Origin: Armatimonadota bacterium
GTDB lineage: Bacteria > Armatimonadota > Zipacnadia > Zipacnadales > UBA5352
Assembly: GCA_034722055.1 (NCBI GenBank)
Contig: JAYENL010000150.1
Span: forward strand, 1-34,689
Direction of reading: 5' to 3'
Length of the DNA stretch: 34,689 nt
In this document: piece after piece, positions 33,501 through 34,689 of the stretch
How positions within the stretch are numbered: the stretch's first letter is position 1
Layout of the letters: each line of letters starts with the position of its first letter
Made by a program: the position numbers and the translations under genes
The notes under the pieces: generated by a model
What the model was told of the DNA's origin: nothing
Database searches by the model: none
Seen by the model: the letters and a program-made list of their open reading frames with translations, nothing else

Positions 33501-34669
33501 AGCTCATCCACGACATCGGGCTGGAGTGCCGGGTGCTCTCCTACGAGCAGGTCGAGGAGGGGGCGCTGAGCACCGACGAGTTCCGGGTGGTGCTGCTGGC
33601 CGGCGCGCAGGCCCTCTCCGAACGCGAGGCCGAGGCCATCGAGCGGTTTGCCAGCGATGGTGGGACGGTCATCGCGGACCTGCGCCCCGGCGTCACCGAC
33701 GAGCACGGGAAGGCCCGCGAGGCCGGTGCGCTGGACGAGCTGCTGGGCGTGCGGCTGAGTCCGGAGCAGTTCGCCCCAGCTCACGGCGATCTGGTCCTGG
33801 CTGAGGGAGCGCAGGGCGTGGGGCTGCCGGAGACGCTGACCCCGGCGAGCGTCGTGGGCGACACCGAGGTCGAGGTCGCCGGCGGCCGGCCGCTGGGGAG
33901 CGTCGGCGAGGCACCGGCGCTCATCACTCACGAGCATGGCGCTGGCAGGACCATGCTCCTGAACTTCGGGCTGGCGGGCTACAGCAAGCTGGTTGACGCG
34001 GCTGGCAGGGAGGGGAACTTCGCCGGCTGGGCCGATGGCGGTGCGTGGCGGACGCTGCTGAGCCAGGCCATGGACTGGGCGGGCGTGGCGCCGCCGGTGC
34101 GTATTGAGCCCCCGCAGCCGCACGTGGAGATCTCCCGCTTCCGCGCCGGCGAGATCGAGTACGTGGGGATCCTGCAGGGGCTTCCCCGGCCCGGCATGGA
34201 GTACACCAACAGGCAGGCGGAGATCCCGGAGCCCGTGCCGGTGACCGTCCACCTGGGGCGGCGCGCGCACCTGTATGACGTGCGCGCCGGGCGGCACATA
34301 GGCGAGAGGGACAGGCTGACGAGCAGGCTGCAGCCCGGTCGCGCCCACCTGTACGCGCTGCTGCCCTACGAGGTGTCTGGCGTGGAGCTGCGGCTGCCAG
34401 ACACGGCGGCTCAGGGCGAGCAGGTGTCTTACGTGGCGCGCATCGCCGCCGGCGGCGATGTGGGGCGGCACGTCATCCATGTGACCGTCACCGGACCCGA
34501 TGGGGCCGAGCGGGCCTGGTACGCTCGCAACCTGCGGGCCGACGGCGGCCGGGCGGTCGGAGGGCTGCCTTTCGCGCTCGACGACCAGCCGGGCACCTGG
34601 ACCATTCGGGCCACGGACGTTGCGACCGGAGCCACCGCGACGCGCGAGCTGGAGCTGTCGGCCGAATAA
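30503..34669 (+). CDS. Secreted GH42-like (beta-galactosidase-like) glycoside hydrolase with CBM4/9-like and trimerisation domains
   Basis: GGAGG RBS and signal peptide; CBM-like VEPDTDYRFSAWYR...VWYDDVRL...NPGFE; LGDE acid/base candidate; FRDWCEREYETIGALNAEWGT; trimerisation-type IALLYS...FASDGGTVIAD. Confidence 0.8.
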   Translation: MRRTARLLALTLCIALTWTSQAAEQTRPLYDEIFFEPTEAVQTPHIAWAKPYYRGPIRALFITHRDAMREVVELAQRVSLDYRVLAMEKRDVFAPGAEAKRWQLVRGNSHEELADRLRGYLQERWDVIVLGNIKWDEIPIDCRYLVLAQVSEGTGLVGCVVPAEYEYLDRIMASAKFHWHYYVWTGEAQGIEDYFGEGEFEGTVVRENPHSGEACARIVGIKAEPGSRGSPYAAYHQKIAVEPDTDYRFSAWYRSTDFAQGRAWISVLPVKAARDLEVSHQWDHAAVEFNSGEHGEVTVYLFTRGLGTVWYDDVRLARVGDETNLVPNPGFEQPGADAQVLARGLPFRALPAFSAYDSASAFARGVVQATEFHDGRIALLQGIRPPGLQMMTPSPGGDVMEVQPHYDYYLALAARTILWGADKEPEARLSVPGPEPASFERAALPADLSVGLAAERDFGDCRLRVEVRDHAGELWHEATQQVAVAQGEQRAALELPRLARGEYLASVWLTRGEEVIDFATAAVAVEAEARLEEVALDRESFSRSEPVTGRASVAGAPGEAALVLTVRDNFGRQLERAVMEVEGAEPMSFSLETLEPLSIVSHLRVELRAGDELLDVARIDYSVSDLHPDPEDVRHVMWQSLGNDFISRYIAREFYEHGIDTQYTGFSPIAPHENLWHLPYATRFVDRKTDWYQPKKTRAQDDHVRDPCLTDPEYRAQVREKLTTVAERAGPYSTSDFSLGDENHFVAGNYDLCFSETCVADFRDWCEREYETIGALNAEWGTDYPSFAEVEPITLEQAEESGRYAQWVDHRRHMESVWAGIHAFSRDVIREVVPEARVGYEGSDVYVRSLRAADYWKLSRAMDLNNIYYRDFVSAAWHDFAQPGTLLGAGWFGGYTGNRNEAHMRWFPWRSLLKGSNSFWVWMGHSGAGGVMAPDLSLYPFFEAACEEIKEFKRGIGKLLITAERQHDGIALLYSPSSVHVAHVTPEFPSMHDELNDAVKLIHDIGLECRVLSYEQVEEGALSTDEFRVVLLAGAQALSEREAEAIERFASDGGTVIADLRPGVTDEHGKAREAGALDELLGVRLSPEQFAPAHGDLVLAEGAQGVGLPETLTPASVVGDTEVEVAGGRPLGSVGEAPALITHEHGAGRTMLLNFGLAGYSKLVDAAGREGNFAGWADGGAWRTLLSQAMDWAGVAPPVRIEPPQPHVEISRFRAGEIEYVGILQGLPRPGMEYTNRQAEIPEPVPVTVHLGRRAHLYDVRAGRHIGERDRLTSRLQPGRAHLYALLPYEVSGVELRLPDTAAQGEQVSYVARIAAGGDVGRHVIHVTVTGPDGAERAWYARNLRADGGRAVGGLPFALDDQPGTWTIRATDVATGATATRELELSAE

Positions 34670-34689
34670 GCGCGCCGGAGCCGATGGCG

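Overview
High-GC bacterial chromosomal window; the lineage is uncertain, and the gene style (giant PQQ-propeller, DUF4838-like and GH42-like exoproteins) suggests Armatimonadota or a PVC-like diderm, by inference only. The left half is mostly housekeeping on the + strand: ssb, a ROK glucokinase, an inserted HTH-MNT/HEPN toxin-antitoxin pair with its own promoter/operator, and a tightly packed mfd-ricT(PSP1)-FmdB zinc ribbon-metG-GAF/HD-GYP-transglutaminase lipoprotein run. A REP/heptamer-rich spacer follows, then a secreted triple-repeat protein coupled to ddl, a DUF4838-like protein, an amidohydrolase and a half-size GDT1/TMEM165 transporter. A compositionally distinct, lower-GC minus-strand operon encodes an alkaline-phosphatase-superfamily phosphodiesterase, a UDP-sulfoquinovose synthase (SqdB) homologue with an extra Cys-rich N-terminal domain, and a thioredoxin; it lies downstream of a ~500-nt structured non-coding region. 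The right end encodes three large exported proteins: a multi-domain double PQQ-type beta-propeller, a Cys-motif membrane-anchored protein and a GH42-like glycoside hydrolase. The best candidate for an undescribed system is the phosphodiesterase/Cys-rich SqdB/thioredoxin operon with its structured leader. No rRNA, tRNA, CRISPR array or transposase was seen. All family calls come from motif recognition by eye, not from database searches.
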